Shown: one piece after another, positions 20,113-29,800 of the stretch
Position numbering within the stretch: position 1 is the stretch's first letter
Layout of the letters: each line of letters starts with the position of its first letter
Assembly (NCBI GenBank): GCA_947463025.1
Contig: CANHSE010000001.1
Span: forward strand, 1-46,627
DNA: 46,627 nt
From: Comamonadaceae bacterium
GTDB lineage: Bacteria; Pseudomonadota; Gammaproteobacteria; Burkholderiales; Burkholderiaceae_C
Direction of reading: 5' to 3'
Program-made: the position numbers and the translations under genes
The notes under the pieces: generated by a model
The model's database searches: none
What the model was told of the DNA's origin: nothing
Seen by the model: only the letters and a program-made list of their open reading frames with translations

Positions 20113-20805
20113 TCAGGGGGTCGGCGCAGAGCCTGCGCCGACGTTGCGTTGCAGGATGTTGGAGAACTCCTCGATGAAGGTCTCCAGCTTGTTGGCCACG
20201 CGATCGACATCGCGCGCAAAACGGTTGTAGGCCACTACCGCCGGGATGGCCGCGAACAGGCCAATGGCGGTGGCGACCAACGCCTCCGCAATGCCGGGTG
20301 CGACCGTGGCCAGGGTGACCTGCTGCAGGCTGGCCAGGCCGGTAAAGGCATGCATGATGCCCCACACCGTGCCAAACAGGCCCACATAGGGTGAGACCGA
20401 GCCCACAGTGGCCAGGAAGGACAGCTGGCTTTCGACCGCGTCCATCTCACGTTGATAGGCGGCGCGCATGGCGCGACGCGTGCCATCAAGCAGCGATCCC
20501 GGGTCAGTGATGCGGCGCTCGCGCAGCTTCTGAAACTCGCGCATGCCCGAGGCGAAGATGCGCTCCATCGGACCGACCTTCTTGGCGTTCTTCACGGCCG
20601 ACGCAAAGAGTTCGTTGAGCGTCGCGCCCGAATAAAAGGATTCCTCGAACTCTTCGTTCAGTGCCTTGACCCGTTTGAGGTCAAACAGCTTGCGGAAGAT
20701 GGCGGCCCAACTGGCCAGCGACACCAGCAGCAGCAAGACCATCACGGCCTGCACCACGAAGCTGGCGTTCATCACCAGGTGGAGGATGGACATATTAGGG
20801 TTCAT
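20113..20805 (-). CDS. tolQ: TolQ
   Basis: Start MNPNMSIL. FLATVGSVSPYVGLFGTVWGIM and VAPGIAEALVATAIGLFAAIPAV. Confidence 0.95.
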   Translation of the reverse strand: MNPNMSILHLVMNASFVVQAVMVLLLLVSLASWAAIFRKLFDLKRVKALNEEFEESFYSGATLNELFASAVKNAKKVGPMERIFASGMREFQKLRERRITDPGSLLDGTRRAMRAAYQREMDAVESQLSFLATVGSVSPYVGLFGTVWGIMHAFTGLASLQQVTLATVAPGIAEALVATAIGLFAAIPAVVAYNRFARDVDRVANKLETFIEEFSNILQRNVGAGSAPTP

Positions 20806-21212
20806 GGCGGCGGGGCCTGAAGGGCCTTGAGGACGTTGTCGGGGATTTTCGCAGGGCTCATGGAGGCGATTTCCACCCACCCGATCCGGATGGTGCCGGT
20901 GGCCAGAATCCGGCCATCGCGGGCGCACCGGGCTTCCTGCGCGATCGTGAGGCTGGCACGGCCTGCGGTTTCGATGCGCGCGCTCACATGCAACAGATCA
21001 TCGAGCACCGCAGGCCGCAGATAACGCACCGCGGTATCGGTCACCACAAACATGCCGCCCGTGTCCGCGCGCAGCGACTGCTGCGATACGCCCAGCGACC
21101 GCAGCCACTCGGTACGCGCACGCTCGAAAAACTTCAGGTAATTGGCGTAGAAGACGATGCCACCGGCATCGGTGTCTTCCCAGTAGACGCGGATCGGAAA
21201 CTCAAAGTCCAT
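20802..21212 (-). CDS. ybgC: Tol-Pal-associated acyl-CoA thioesterase
   Basis: RVYWEDTDAGGIVFYANYLKFFERARTE; directly upstream of tolQ. Confidence 0.93.
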   Translation of the reverse strand: MDFEFPIRVYWEDTDAGGIVFYANYLKFFERARTEWLRSLGVSQQSLRADTGGMFVVTDTAVRYLRPAVLDDLLHVSARIETAGRASLTIAQEARCARDGRILATGTIRIGWVEIASMSPAKIPDNVLKALQAPPP

Positions 21213-21221
21213 CGCCGCGCC

Positions 21222-22442
21222 TCACGCCATGGCTGCCCGCAGGGCCTGCAGGCGCTCGACGGCCCCCTGCAATTGCGCCATCGAGCTGGCCGTGGAAAAG
21301 CGGATGAACCGCGCGGTGTCGGCCGTGCCGAAGTCGCGTCCCGGGGTGACAGCCACATGGGCCTTGTGCAGGATCTCGAAGGCCAGCTCCCAGCTGCTGG
21401 CGACGCCCAGTCGTTTGCACCAGTCGCTGCAGTCGGCCCAGGCATAGAAGGCACCATCGGGCACCACCGGCACGGGCAGGCCCAGGGCCTGCAGCTGCGG
21501 AATGAAGTAGTCGCGCCGCGCCTTGAACTGCGCCCGCCGACGCTCGTATTCGGCCAGGCTCTCCGCTTCGAAGCAGGCCAGGGCGGCGTGTTGCGCCACG
21601 GTGCTCGGGCAGATAAAGAGGTGTTGCGCCAGGCGCTCGATCACGCCGACCAGGGCCTCGGGCACCACCAGCCAGCCCAGTCGCCAGCCGGTCATGTTGA
21701 AGTACTTGGAGAAGCTGTTGAGGCTGATCACGTCCTCGCCCAGCGCCAGACCGCTGGCGCCGAAAGTGTCGTCATGGCTCAGACCCAGATAGATCTCGTC
21801 GAGCAGCAGCACGCCGCCGCGGCGCCGGATCACCTCGTGGATGCGCGCGAGCGCCTGCGGGTGCAGCGAGGTGCCCGTGGGGTTGGACGGCGAGGCGATC
21901 AGCACGCCGCGCGTGCGCGGGCCCCAGTGGGCCTCGACCTGGTCGGCGCTCAGTTGGAAACGATGATCGGCCGTGGTGGGCACCATCACGGCACGGCCTT
22001 CGGCAGCCTGCACAAACTGGCGGTTGCACGGATAGCTGGGATCGGGCATCAGCACCTCGTCGCCAGCCTCGATCAGGGCCAGGCAGGCCAGGTGCAGGGC
22101 AGCCGATGCGCCCGCTGTGACCACGATGCGGCGCGCTGGCACCTCGATCCCGAAACGCGTGTGGTACCAGCCGCTGATACGTTCACGCAGCTCGGGCAGG
22201 CCGGTGGCGGGCGTGTACTGGGTGGTGCCATCGCGTATGGCGCGCTGCGCGGCGTCCTGCACCAAGGGCGGTGCGCTGAAGTCGGGTTCGCCGATGTTCA
22301 GGAAGATCATCGGGCGGTCGGTACCGCGCACCCGCTCGGCCAGCTCGGCGGCGGCCTTGGCCACCTCCATCACGTAAAAGGGTTCTACGCGCTGAGCCCG
22401 GCCCGCCAGGCGCAGGGGGGAGGTGTTGGAGGCGGCGGGCAT
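21222..22442 (-). CDS. PLP-dependent aminotransferase class I/II
   Basis: Likely start [29 protein letters not shown] and PLP-Lys motif SFSKYFNMTGWRLGW. Confidence 0.92.
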   Translation of the reverse strand: MPAASNTSPLRLAGRAQRVEPFYVMEVAKAAAELAERVRGTDRPMIFLNIGEPDFSAPPLVQDAAQRAIRDGTTQYTPATGLPELRERISGWYHTRFGIEVPARRIVVTAGASAALHLACLALIEAGDEVLMPDPSYPCNRQFVQAAEGRAVMVPTTADHRFQLSADQVEAHWGPRTRGVLIASPSNPTGTSLHPQALARIHEVIRRRGGVLLLDEIYLGLSHDDTFGASGLALGEDVISLNSFSKYFNMTGWRLGWLVVPEALVGVIERLAQHLFICPSTVAQHAALACFEAESLAEYERRRAQFKARRDYFIPQLQALGLPVPVVPDGAFYAWADCSDWCKRLGVASSWELAFEILHKAHVAVTPGRDFGTADTARFIRFSTASSMAQLQGAVERLQALRAAMA

Positions 22443-22945
22443 CACTGAGCCCGGGCGGTCGCGCGATCCGCCTCGACTTCTGCGGGTCGCAGGCGGGGCG
22501 CCAGGCCGTTGAGGACCGCGTTCACGTACTTGTGACCGTCGGTGCCGCCGAATTCCTTGGCCAGCTCCACGCATTCGTTGATCACCACGCGCCAGGGCAC
22601 ATCGGCCGCATGCTGAAACTCGTAGACGCCAATCCACATCACGGCGCGCTCGATCGGCGAGATCTCTTCGAGCTTGCGATCGAGCAGGGGCACCACCATG
22701 GCATCGAGTTCAGCGGCTTCGCGCACGCAGCCATGCAGGAGGGCGTCGTAATGCGCCGAATCGGCCTTGTGAAAGCCGGCCAGGTCGCGTGTGAAGACGT
22801 CGATGGCCTGGGCCTCGTTGCCCCCGACCAGGTGTTGGTAAAGGGCTTGCAGCGCGAACTCCCGTGCGCGGGTGCGGGCCGACTTGGCCGAGGCCTTGCG
22901 GGCGCCGGTGGCGGTCTTGCCTGAGGTGGGCTTGGGGTCGGTCAT
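22442..22945 (-). CDS. nusB: Transcription antitermination factor NusB
   Basis: Start MTDPKP (ATGA overlap with ribH). [34 protein letters not shown]. Confidence 0.96.
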   Translation of the reverse strand: MTDPKPTSGKTATGARKASAKSARTRAREFALQALYQHLVGGNEAQAIDVFTRDLAGFHKADSAHYDALLHGCVREAAELDAMVVPLLDRKLEEISPIERAVMWIGVYEFQHAADVPWRVVINECVELAKEFGGTDGHKYVNAVLNGLAPRLRPAEVEADRATARAQ

Positions 22946-23415
22946 GCGACCCGTCCGATCTGTTCGATGAGCCTGCACATCTCGATCACCACGCGGGCGG
23001 CGTCGACGCCTTTTTCGGTCTGGCGGGCCAGGGCCTGCTCCAGGTTTTCGGTGGTGAGGATCACGTTGGCGATGGGGAGGCGATAGTCGAGGCCGACGCG
23101 CGTGACGCCAGCGGCGGATTCGTTGGCCACCAACTCGAAGTGGTAGGTTTCGCCGCGGATGATGCAGCCCAGGGCGATCAGGGCGTCATAGCCGCCACGA
23201 TCGGCCAGGGCCTGCAGGGCCAGTGGGATCTCGAGGGCGCCCGGCACGAAGACCTGGGTGATGTCGTCGCCGTGTACGCCCAGGCGGGTCAGTTCGCCGC
23301 GGCAGGCGGTGGCCAGTGCATTCGTGATACTGGTGTTGAAGCGGGCCTGGACGATGCCGATTTTCAGGCCCTGGCCGTCCAGCGAATCGGCCTGTCCCTT
23401 GTCTGCGTCTTGCAT
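22942..23415 (-). CDS. ribH: 6,7-dimethyl-8-ribityllumazine synthase
   Basis: [29 protein letters not shown]. Confidence 0.97.
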   Translation of the reverse strand: MQDADKGQADSLDGQGLKIGIVQARFNTSITNALATACRGELTRLGVHGDDITQVFVPGALEIPLALQALADRGGYDALIALGCIIRGETYHFELVANESAAGVTRVGLDYRLPIANVILTTENLEQALARQTEKGVDAARVVIEMCRLIEQIGRVA

Positions 23416-23436
23416 GGGTGGGGGTTCCTTGTGCGC

Positions 23437-24567
23437 TCAGGCGGCTTGGGTGTAGCCGACGACTTCCAGGCCGTAGCCGGTCATGCTGGGCATGCGGCGC
23501 GGTGCGCCCAGCAGGGTCATGCGTTGCACGCCGCACTCGCGAATGATCTGGGCGCCGATGCCGTAAGTGCGCAGGTCCATGCGACCGCGCTCGGGGGCTT
23601 GCGCCGAACGCGCTGTGCCTTCGAATTGGGCCAGCAGCTGCGCGGCGGATTCGCCTGCATTGAGCAGCACCACCACGCCACGGCCCTCACGCGCCACATG
23701 GCCCAAAGCGGCATCCAGGCTCCAGGAGTGCATCGTGCGACCGACCTCAAGGGCATCGAGTACCGACAGCGGCTCGTGCACACGCACAGGCACCACGTCT
23801 TGCGCTTGCCACTGGCCCATCACCAGCGCCAGGTGCAGGCCTTGGCTGGGGGTGTCCTGCCAGGCGTGGGCAGTGAACTCGCCGTAGGCGGTTTTCAAGG
23901 GACGCGAGCCGATTTTGCGCACCAGGGATTCATGGCGGCTGCGGTATTCGATCAGGTCGGCGATGGTGCCGATCTTCAGCCCGTGTTCGGCGGCAAACAC
24001 CTGCAGATCGGGCAGGCGGGCCATGGTGCCGTCGTCTTTCATGATCTCGCAGATCACGGACGAGGCGGTCAGACCCGCCATGGCCGCCAGGTCGCAGCCG
24101 GCCTCGGTGTGACCGGCGCGCATCAGCACACCGCCGTCGACTGCTTGTAGCGGGAAGATGTGACCCGGCTGTACCAGATCCTCGGGGCGCGCATGCTGGG
24201 TGACGGCCGCCTGCACGGTGCGGGCGCGGTCGGCGGCGGAAATGCCGGTGGTCACGCCCTCGGCCGCTTCGATGGACACGGTGAAGGCGGTGGCATGCTT
24301 GGTGCCGTTGCGCGTGGCCATGGGCGGCAGCTGCAGGCGCTCGCAGCGCTCGCGGGTGAGGGTCAGGCAGATCAGGCCGCGGCCAAAGCGCGCCATGAAA
24401 TTGATCGCATCGGGCGTGACATGGTCGGAGGCCAGGACCAGATCGCCTTCGTTCTCGCGGTCTTCTTCATCGACCAGGATCACCATGCGGCCGGCGCGCA
24501 GGTCGGCCACGATGTCTTGCACGGGCGAGATGGCCACGGGGGCTGGGGAGGGTGTGCGGGCGTTCAT
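23437..24567 (-). CDS. ribB: DHBP synthase fused to a degenerate GTP cyclohydrolase II-like domain (RibBX-type)
   Basis: RibB motifs DEEDRENEGD, FTVSIEA, TTGISAADRA, RAGHTEA. The C-terminal domain has VRVH and DLRTYGIGAQI but lacks the RibA zinc cysteines. Confidence 0.92.
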   Translation of the reverse strand: MNARTPSPAPVAISPVQDIVADLRAGRMVILVDEEDRENEGDLVLASDHVTPDAINFMARFGRGLICLTLTRERCERLQLPPMATRNGTKHATAFTVSIEAAEGVTTGISAADRARTVQAAVTQHARPEDLVQPGHIFPLQAVDGGVLMRAGHTEAGCDLAAMAGLTASSVICEIMKDDGTMARLPDLQVFAAEHGLKIGTIADLIEYRSRHESLVRKIGSRPLKTAYGEFTAHAWQDTPSQGLHLALVMGQWQAQDVVPVRVHEPLSVLDALEVGRTMHSWSLDAALGHVAREGRGVVVLLNAGESAAQLLAQFEGTARSAQAPERGRMDLRTYGIGAQIIRECGVQRMTLLGAPRRMPSMTGYGLEVVGYTQAA

Positions 24568-25205
24568 GGTGTGGCTTTCGGCAACAGGGCGTCGCCGAGC
24601 ATGCGCTCGACGTAACGGGCGATCAGGTCGATCTCGAGGTTGACGGCGACGCCGGGCGCCAGGGCATGCAGGGCCGTGTTTTGCACGGTATGGGGAATCA
24701 GGTTGATGCTGACCTCGCAGCCCGAGGGGGTGTCCTTCACGTCATTGACCGTGAGGCTCACACCGTTGACGGTGATCGAGCCCTTGTAGGCCAGGTACTT
24801 ACCCAAGGCGGCGGGTGCCATCACGCGCAGCTCCCAGCTCTCGCCGACCTGCGCGAAGTGGCTCACATGGCCGATGCCATCGACATGACCCGACACGATG
24901 TGACCGCCCAGGCGGTCGTGGGCGCGCAGGGCCTTTTCGAGGTTGATGGGGGTTTCGGGCTGCGCCAGACCGGCAGTGCGGGCTAGGGATTCGGCGGAAA
25001 TGTCGATCGTGAAGCGGCGTTGGGCGGTCTCCAGCGTGGTGACCGTCATGCACGCGCCATTGAGGGCGATGCTGTCGCCCAGGCCCACATCATCGAGGTA
25101 GCCGGCAGGCGTCTCCAGGGTCAGGCGCTTGCCGTACTGCAAAGAACTTCCGAGGTCGTGGACGGCGACGATGCGCCCCACGCCGGTGATGATGCCGGTG
25201 AACAT
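24564..25205 (-). CDS. ribE: Riboflavin synthase (alpha chain; ribC in E. coli naming)
   Basis: MFTGII, GDSIALNGACMTV, GGHIVSGHVD, KGSITVNGVSLT. Confidence 0.96.
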   Translation of the reverse strand: MFTGIITGVGRIVAVHDLGSSLQYGKRLTLETPAGYLDDVGLGDSIALNGACMTVTTLETAQRRFTIDISAESLARTAGLAQPETPINLEKALRAHDRLGGHIVSGHVDGIGHVSHFAQVGESWELRVMAPAALGKYLAYKGSITVNGVSLTVNDVKDTPSGCEVSINLIPHTVQNTALHALAPGVAVNLEIDLIARYVERMLGDALLPKATP

Positions 25206-25237
25206 CCCGGTATTTTCGCAGGGATTGGCCAGGGCGT

Positions 25238-26344
25238 CTAAAAGTGCGCGCGCCCTGCCACCCGGGCCCGCACCCGCAGGTCCGGGCCGACTGCCTGGCT
25301 GGAGACGAACTCCAGCCGCAGGCCCTGGTCCAGGCGGGCCAGCGGCCCGATGGCCGCCATACCCCGGCCGGGGCCCAGGAGGGTGGGGGCCAGGTACACC
25401 AGGAACTCGTCGACCCAGCCTTCGCGCACCAGCGAGCCATTGAGCTTGTGACCGGCTTCGACGTGCAATTCGTTGATCTCACGGCGACCCAGGTCCTGCA
25501 GCATGGCGCCCAGATCGACCTTCGCGCCCGGCCCGGGCAGGGTGATGATGGTGGCACCACGTGCCTCCAGCGCGGCGCGCCGGGCGGGGTCATCCACCGC
25601 GGTGTAGACCCAGACGGGGCGCTCAGACTGGAACAGGCGGGCCGAGGTCGGCAATTCCAGACGGCTGTCTACCACCACCAAGGTGGGCTGGCGCGGCGTG
25701 TCGACCCCGCGCACGTCCAGGCGCGGGTCGTCTTCGAGCACGGTGCCGATGCCGGTGAGGAGGGCGCAGGCGCGGGCCCGCCAGGCATGGCCGTCGGCGC
25801 GGGCGAGCTCGCCCGTGATCCACTGGCTCTGGCCGTTGTCCAGGGCCGTGGTGCCATCGAGCGAGGCCGCGACCTTCAGGCGTATCCAGGGCGTGCCGCG
25901 GATCATGCGGCTGAAAAAACCGATGTTCAGTTCACGCGAAGCGCCGGCGCCCGGGCCGGTTTCCACCGTGACACCCGCCGCACGCAGGCGCGCCAGGCCT
26001 TGGCCCGCCACCTTCGGATTCGGATCGACCAGGGAGGCCACCACGCGCGCGATGCCCGCGCTGGCCAGTGCGTCGCAGCAGGGGCCGGTGCGGCCCACGT
26101 GGGCGCAGGGCTCCAGGGTCACCCACGCAGTGGCACCCCGCACGTCGTGTCCGCGCGTATGGGCATCGCGCAGGGCCATGATTTCGGCATGGGCGCTGCC
26201 AGCGGCCTGGGTATGACCTTCGCCAAGCACGCGCCCGTTGGCGGACGTGATCACGCAGCCCACATGCGGATTGGGGCTGGAGAGGAACAGGGAGCGCTCG
26301 GCCAGGGCCAGGGCGCGGGTGATCGGGTCTTCGGGGGCGGTCAA
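25238..26344 (-). CDS. ribD: Bifunctional pyrimidine deaminase/reductase RibD
   Basis: PNPHVGCV, HAE, TLEPCAHVGRTGPCC, SLDG, SQWITG, VEAG. TTG start is approximate. Confidence 0.96.
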   Translation of the reverse strand: MTAPEDPITRALALAERSLFLSSPNPHVGCVITSANGRVLGEGHTQAAGSAHAEIMALRDAHTRGHDVRGATAWVTLEPCAHVGRTGPCCDALASAGIARVVASLVDPNPKVAGQGLARLRAAGVTVETGPGAGASRELNIGFFSRMIRGTPWIRLKVAASLDGTTALDNGQSQWITGELARADGHAWRARACALLTGIGTVLEDDPRLDVRGVDTPRQPTLVVVDSRLELPTSARLFQSERPVWVYTAVDDPARRAALEARGATIITLPGPGAKVDLGAMLQDLGRREINELHVEAGHKLNGSLVREGWVDEFLVYLAPTLLGPGRGMAAIGPLARLDQGLRLEFVSSQAVGPDLRVRARVAGRAHF

Positions 26345-26362
26345 GTCGGCAGCGGGCGGGAG

Positions 26363-26815
26363 TCAACGCCAGCAGGACTGTACATCGGCCGCGTTGCCCG
26401 CGTGCGTTCGCACCCCCTGGTGGTCTAGCCCCAAGGCGCCGCAGTCTGCGTCATTGGCTTGCGCGCCTTGGGGAATCGCATGCAGCTGGTAGCTGGCAGC
26501 GGTAGGTCCGACCTGTGCGCCGGCGGCTGCCCCGGGCGCGACGCCGAAGACGAATTGATAGCGACCTGCGGCGGCGGCGGTGCAAGTCGCAGCCGGCAGC
26601 GCGGCGGGCTGGTTATAGACCATGGTCAGGGTGTAGCGCCGCTCCATCTGCAGCGCCAGCTCCTGCAGGCAGGCCGCGGCGACAGCGCGGTGCGTGCGCA
26701 GGACATGGGCCTGATAGGCCGGGTAGGCCACCGCCGACAGCACGCCGATCACGGCCATGACGATCATCAGCTCGATCAGGGTGAAGCCGCGGGTTGTTGG
26801 GGGGTGTGTCGTCAT
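26363..26815 (-). CDS. pilE: Type IV minor pilin PilE
   Basis: Prepilin motif RG/FTLIELMIV, YPAYQAHVLR and a C-terminal disulfide region C...CW. Confidence 0.9.
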   Translation of the reverse strand: MTTHPPTTRGFTLIELMIVMAVIGVLSAVAYPAYQAHVLRTHRAVAAACLQELALQMERRYTLTMVYNQPAALPAATCTAAAAGRYQFVFGVAPGAAAGAQVGPTAASYQLHAIPQGAQANDADCGALGLDHQGVRTHAGNAADVQSCWR

Positions 26816-26817
26816 GG

Positions 26818-29800
26818 TCAGTCCTGGATGATTTCCCGCCAGACGATGCGGCGCCCGCTCTGCGTGGCGCTCTTGACGACGAGCGAGCCGATACCGGCGC
26901 CGGCATTGAGGCTTTGTGGATCGGTGCCGCCCGAGCCCGACACAAAGGCGATCGTGGTGCCATTGGGGCGGCGCAGCAAGACGACTTCACTCGGAAAGCC
27001 GACCCCCATATCGACAGACCCCACCAAGCGGTCGCCGAGCTTGTCGTTGCTGAAGTCGCCGTCGCCGTTGACATCGATCACACCGACCGTGAGCGCGCCG
27101 CCGGTGAAAGGATCGAGCATGTTGACGAAGCCCCGCCCGCCCGCCACGCAGGGGTCGTTGGTGATGGGGATGATGGAGCTCAGCACAAGCGCGGGCACAG
27201 CGAGTCGGGCGATCTGGGCGGTCGTCACCGTCCGCTCGCCGGCGGCGGCGCCGCTGAGGTCCAGGTACCAACCCCGCAGGCCTTGGAGGTCGCCCTCGGC
27301 CGCCGTCGAGAAGGTGCGCGACCGCACGTTCCCCAGCATGCCCGTGGCCGTGATGGTGCGTTGTCGCAGCGCGGCGCGGCCCGTAGAGATCGCCGTGCCG
27401 TCATCGACCAGGCCGTACCAGGACTGCACGCTGGGATCGGCCGGATCGTCTTGCCGGAAGTACGCCCCTGTACCGAAGAAGACGTAGGGCTTGCCCAGAT
27501 GTCCGTTGTTGGACAGCTGATTGACGGCGACGAGCAGCGGCGCGGTGATCGGTTGGGCTTTGCCCGCCGCGTCACGCGCCCGAAACAGGGGGGTACCCCT
27601 CAGGCTCAGGCCCCATAGCGCGGGATCGGTGGATCCGATGTCAAAGCGCCAGACGTTACCCAGCAGGTCGCCCGCATAGACCACATCGGCTTTGCCGTCC
27701 TGGTTGGTGTCCAGGATGGCCGGTCCGGCCAAGCCGTTGTTGCCGTCGGCACCGGTATCGATCTTGCGAACACGCTCGAGGCGACCATTGGGCTGGATGA
27801 TGAAGATGTACAGGACCGCCTTGCCCGAGTCACTGTTGTAGCCGTTGCCCACGATCACGCCCAGCTTGCCGTTGTTCAAGGGGGTGATCACGGGCCGCCC
27901 CAGCATCAGCCCGAGGTCAGGATCAGTGGCGCCAGCGGACGTGGCGCCGGCGGAGTAGTCCCAAAGCAAATCCGTCGCGGCGAACTGCGTCGGGTCGGTG
28001 ACGTTCAGGGAGAACAGCCCCTTGCCGCCACGCCCCAACAGCGCGTACAGATAGCGGCGGTTCTGGGTCAGCGGCCCGCGAGGTGCTCGGATCAGCTCGC
28101 CATCGAGCAGGTATTGACGGCTGTAGGTCAGCGAGGCCTGCTGCGCGATGCGGCCCACTGCCGCCTGCGGGATGAAAGCGAACAGCTCCTTGCCGTCGCT
28201 GCCGTTGAAGGCGTGCAGCATGCCGTCGTTGGCGCTGACGTAGACGGTGTCGGTTTCGGGCTCGTGTAGCGGTGAGGTGTGGACGATGTCGCCCAAAGGG
28301 TTGTTGCGGTTACGCAGGCCGCCGCCTTGGTGCGCCTCCCGACTGCGGTCGCCGCGAAGGTAGTTGGCGACCTCTTGCGAGCTACCGGGCAGCCCGTTCT
28401 GCGCAAGTGACTGCACGCCGCGATCGGTCGTGTGCAGGAAGATCCTGCGATCTTGCCACGCAGGCAGCCGCTGCGAGGCCTGCCAGTTGGGCGTCGCTTC
28501 CAGGCCGCTGTTCGTGATCCGCCAGGCCAAAAGATCACCGGACCAGCGCTGAGTGTCGAAGATGGCCTGGTACAGGCGGCTGCTGCTGGTCGCACGGGTG
28601 CTGTTGCTGGTCAGACTGCTGGCGGAACTCGCGCGGGCGACGATGTTGTCCAAGGTCTTGCGCAGGGCGTCACGCAGCTTCAAGGGGTTTTGGACGGACA
28701 GGTAGGCGTCGGGGATGCCGTCGCCGTTTTCGTCCCACTCGCCTGGGAGGTTGGGTTGATCGTTACCGTCGAAATCGCGAAAGGCGCCCCATTTGGCGGC
28801 GTACCACAGCGGGTCTTTCAGCAGGGTCGCAGTCGCGCCCGCACCTGGCGTGAACGTGCGCACGGTCTCGGTCTGAGTTCTACCGTCCTTCAGGTGGTAA
28901 GGGAGGCGCTTGCAATCATCCGGCAGCGCTGCTGTATCGCAATCCCCTGGGTTGCGCCCGGGTGGGGTGTTCAGAAAATAGGGTGTTTCGTCGGCCTCGT
29001 CCTGTACCTCCAGGTAGATGCCATCCTTCGCTGTACCCGAGATGACGTAGCCGATGCGGTGCTTGTACCCTCCGTCAGCGTACGTTGGGGATAACCGTAC
29101 GGTCACCTGATCGTCTGCTGTGAGCGTGACGGTGTATTGCACAACCGCATCCATTTCGTGGTCCGCCCCCTGCTCCATGTCCTCGTAGCTGATCCGAAAC
29201 TGGGCTTGGTAGCGGCCACCGTTGATGGACGGGTCACGGTCGGCTGGACCCGAGTTGGCGATGCGCTCCACATAGAAATCGACGATCTGGTTGGTCGGCT
29301 GGTAGGCACCCTTGGCGTTCGTGGTGCCTTCCCCCCCCACCGTCTTGGCAAAGGGCACCAGGGTGACCTGACGGTTGCCGGGTACTGGCACCACGATTCG
29401 CGGTAGCGGGGAGGCCAGCGCGATGACGAAGGTCTCGACACTCTGGCGGCCCTCCTTGTCGGCGCGCAGGTCACTGCGCTTGCCGAAATAGGCGACCGCC
29501 GCCGCGCTGTAGCTGCCCTGCTTGGTCGGCTCTTCGGGCGCCAGTCCTCGCACGCTGCCCAGGCTCTCCACTGTCTTGGCAGTCGGCGCGGAATCGAAGA
29601 TCGCACCCGACTGCCCGATGAATCGGTCGCCCTTGACCTCGGGTTCACCGCGCGTGATCGTTTGAGCCTCTTGGGTGACCCGCAAGCCCTCGAGGTCGCC
29701 CGTGAAACCCGATCGCGCAAAGTTCGCATCGGCACCGGGTACCTGATCGGAATCGTAGGACAGGTTGGTGTCCGAGATCACCAGCATATTGGCGCGTGCA

